This document shows positions 63,551 through 64,000 of a stretch of 64,000 nucleotides of DNA, one piece after another; the first letter of the stretch is position 1, and the number at the start of each line of letters is the position of its first letter. This stretch comes from Albugo candida (lineage: Eukaryota), in contig JBDOQK010000072.1 in the NCBI GenBank assembly GCA_040437565.1, forward strand, positions 1 to 64,000, written 5' to 3'. The notes below the pieces were generated by a model, which did no database searches, was not told the DNA's origin, and saw only the letters and a list, made by a program, of their open reading frames with translations. A program made the translations under genes and the position numbers.

Positions 63551-64000
63551 TACAGTATAACTCGATATACTTGATCCCGTACGTTAATCTTACTCCCGAG
63601 CATTTCCTGAAACAAAACTCTGTCGACAAGTAGTCTTTCTCGTCGGACATGCATCTGTACAGGAATGACATGAACGCCAACAACTAGTTATGGGATCATA
63701 AACGTTTCTCCTACCTTTATGGCAGAATATTCGTGCGTTATTGGTGGATTTCAAGTTTGGATAGAAGTTGCTCAAGGAGCGAGATCATAGTGCTTACTGT
63801 CACCATCATATAGGGTGATCCCTGATGCAGTTTACTTGGCCGTATATTGTCATTAGGCACAGGGTGCTTTAATGCATTCGCGTGATTCTTCAACTCAGTC
63901 GATTCGACTCCATTGAGTGAAATCACTAACTTTCGTCTTAAGAGAGAAGATGGAAGAGATGAACGATCACGCAAAAGGGTACAAGAACGGGTCGAAAATT

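Noticed and set aside
1..64000. CRISPR arrays, tRNA, rRNA or other structured RNA genes
   Set aside because: No regularly spaced repeat-spacer pattern or recognisable RNA gene was seen by eye. A covariance-model scan would be needed to exclude small ncRNAs.

Overview
Eukaryotic, intron-containing, very compact genome. It is most consistent with an oomycete, probably Albugo-like, but this is an inference from gene content, short introns and tiny intergenic spacers. The window has two halves. (1) ~1-33.6 kb is a gene-dense housekeeping block: NF-YA, coatomer alpha, COQ3, a PHD-finger protein, a NadD-like adenylyltransferase, frataxin, TMEM184, ribokinase, a PAM2-CUE-CCCH-Smr protein, DCAF13/SOF1, DTD, PEX16, a USP pseudogene and COQ8/ABC1. 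Spacers there are as short as 22-75 bp. (2) ~33.6-64 kb is a gene-sparse, decaying compartment. It holds an inverted pseudogene copy of coatomer alpha split by a Copia element (5-bp TSD), and a three-level nest of insertions (Copia B > Copia C > an unknown insert with a 15-20 bp target duplication). All three Copia elements carry half-tRNA(iMet)-type primer sites. It also holds a Polo-like kinase remnant and a head-to-head pair of putative secreted-protein genes that was duplicated as a unit, of which only one of the four genes is still intact (candidate effector 52517-53566). Most apparent tandem duplications flanking the 100-N gaps are unmerged assembly overlaps. No tRNA, rRNA or CRISPR array was recognised. 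Exon boundaries and identity values were read or counted by hand and are approximate.
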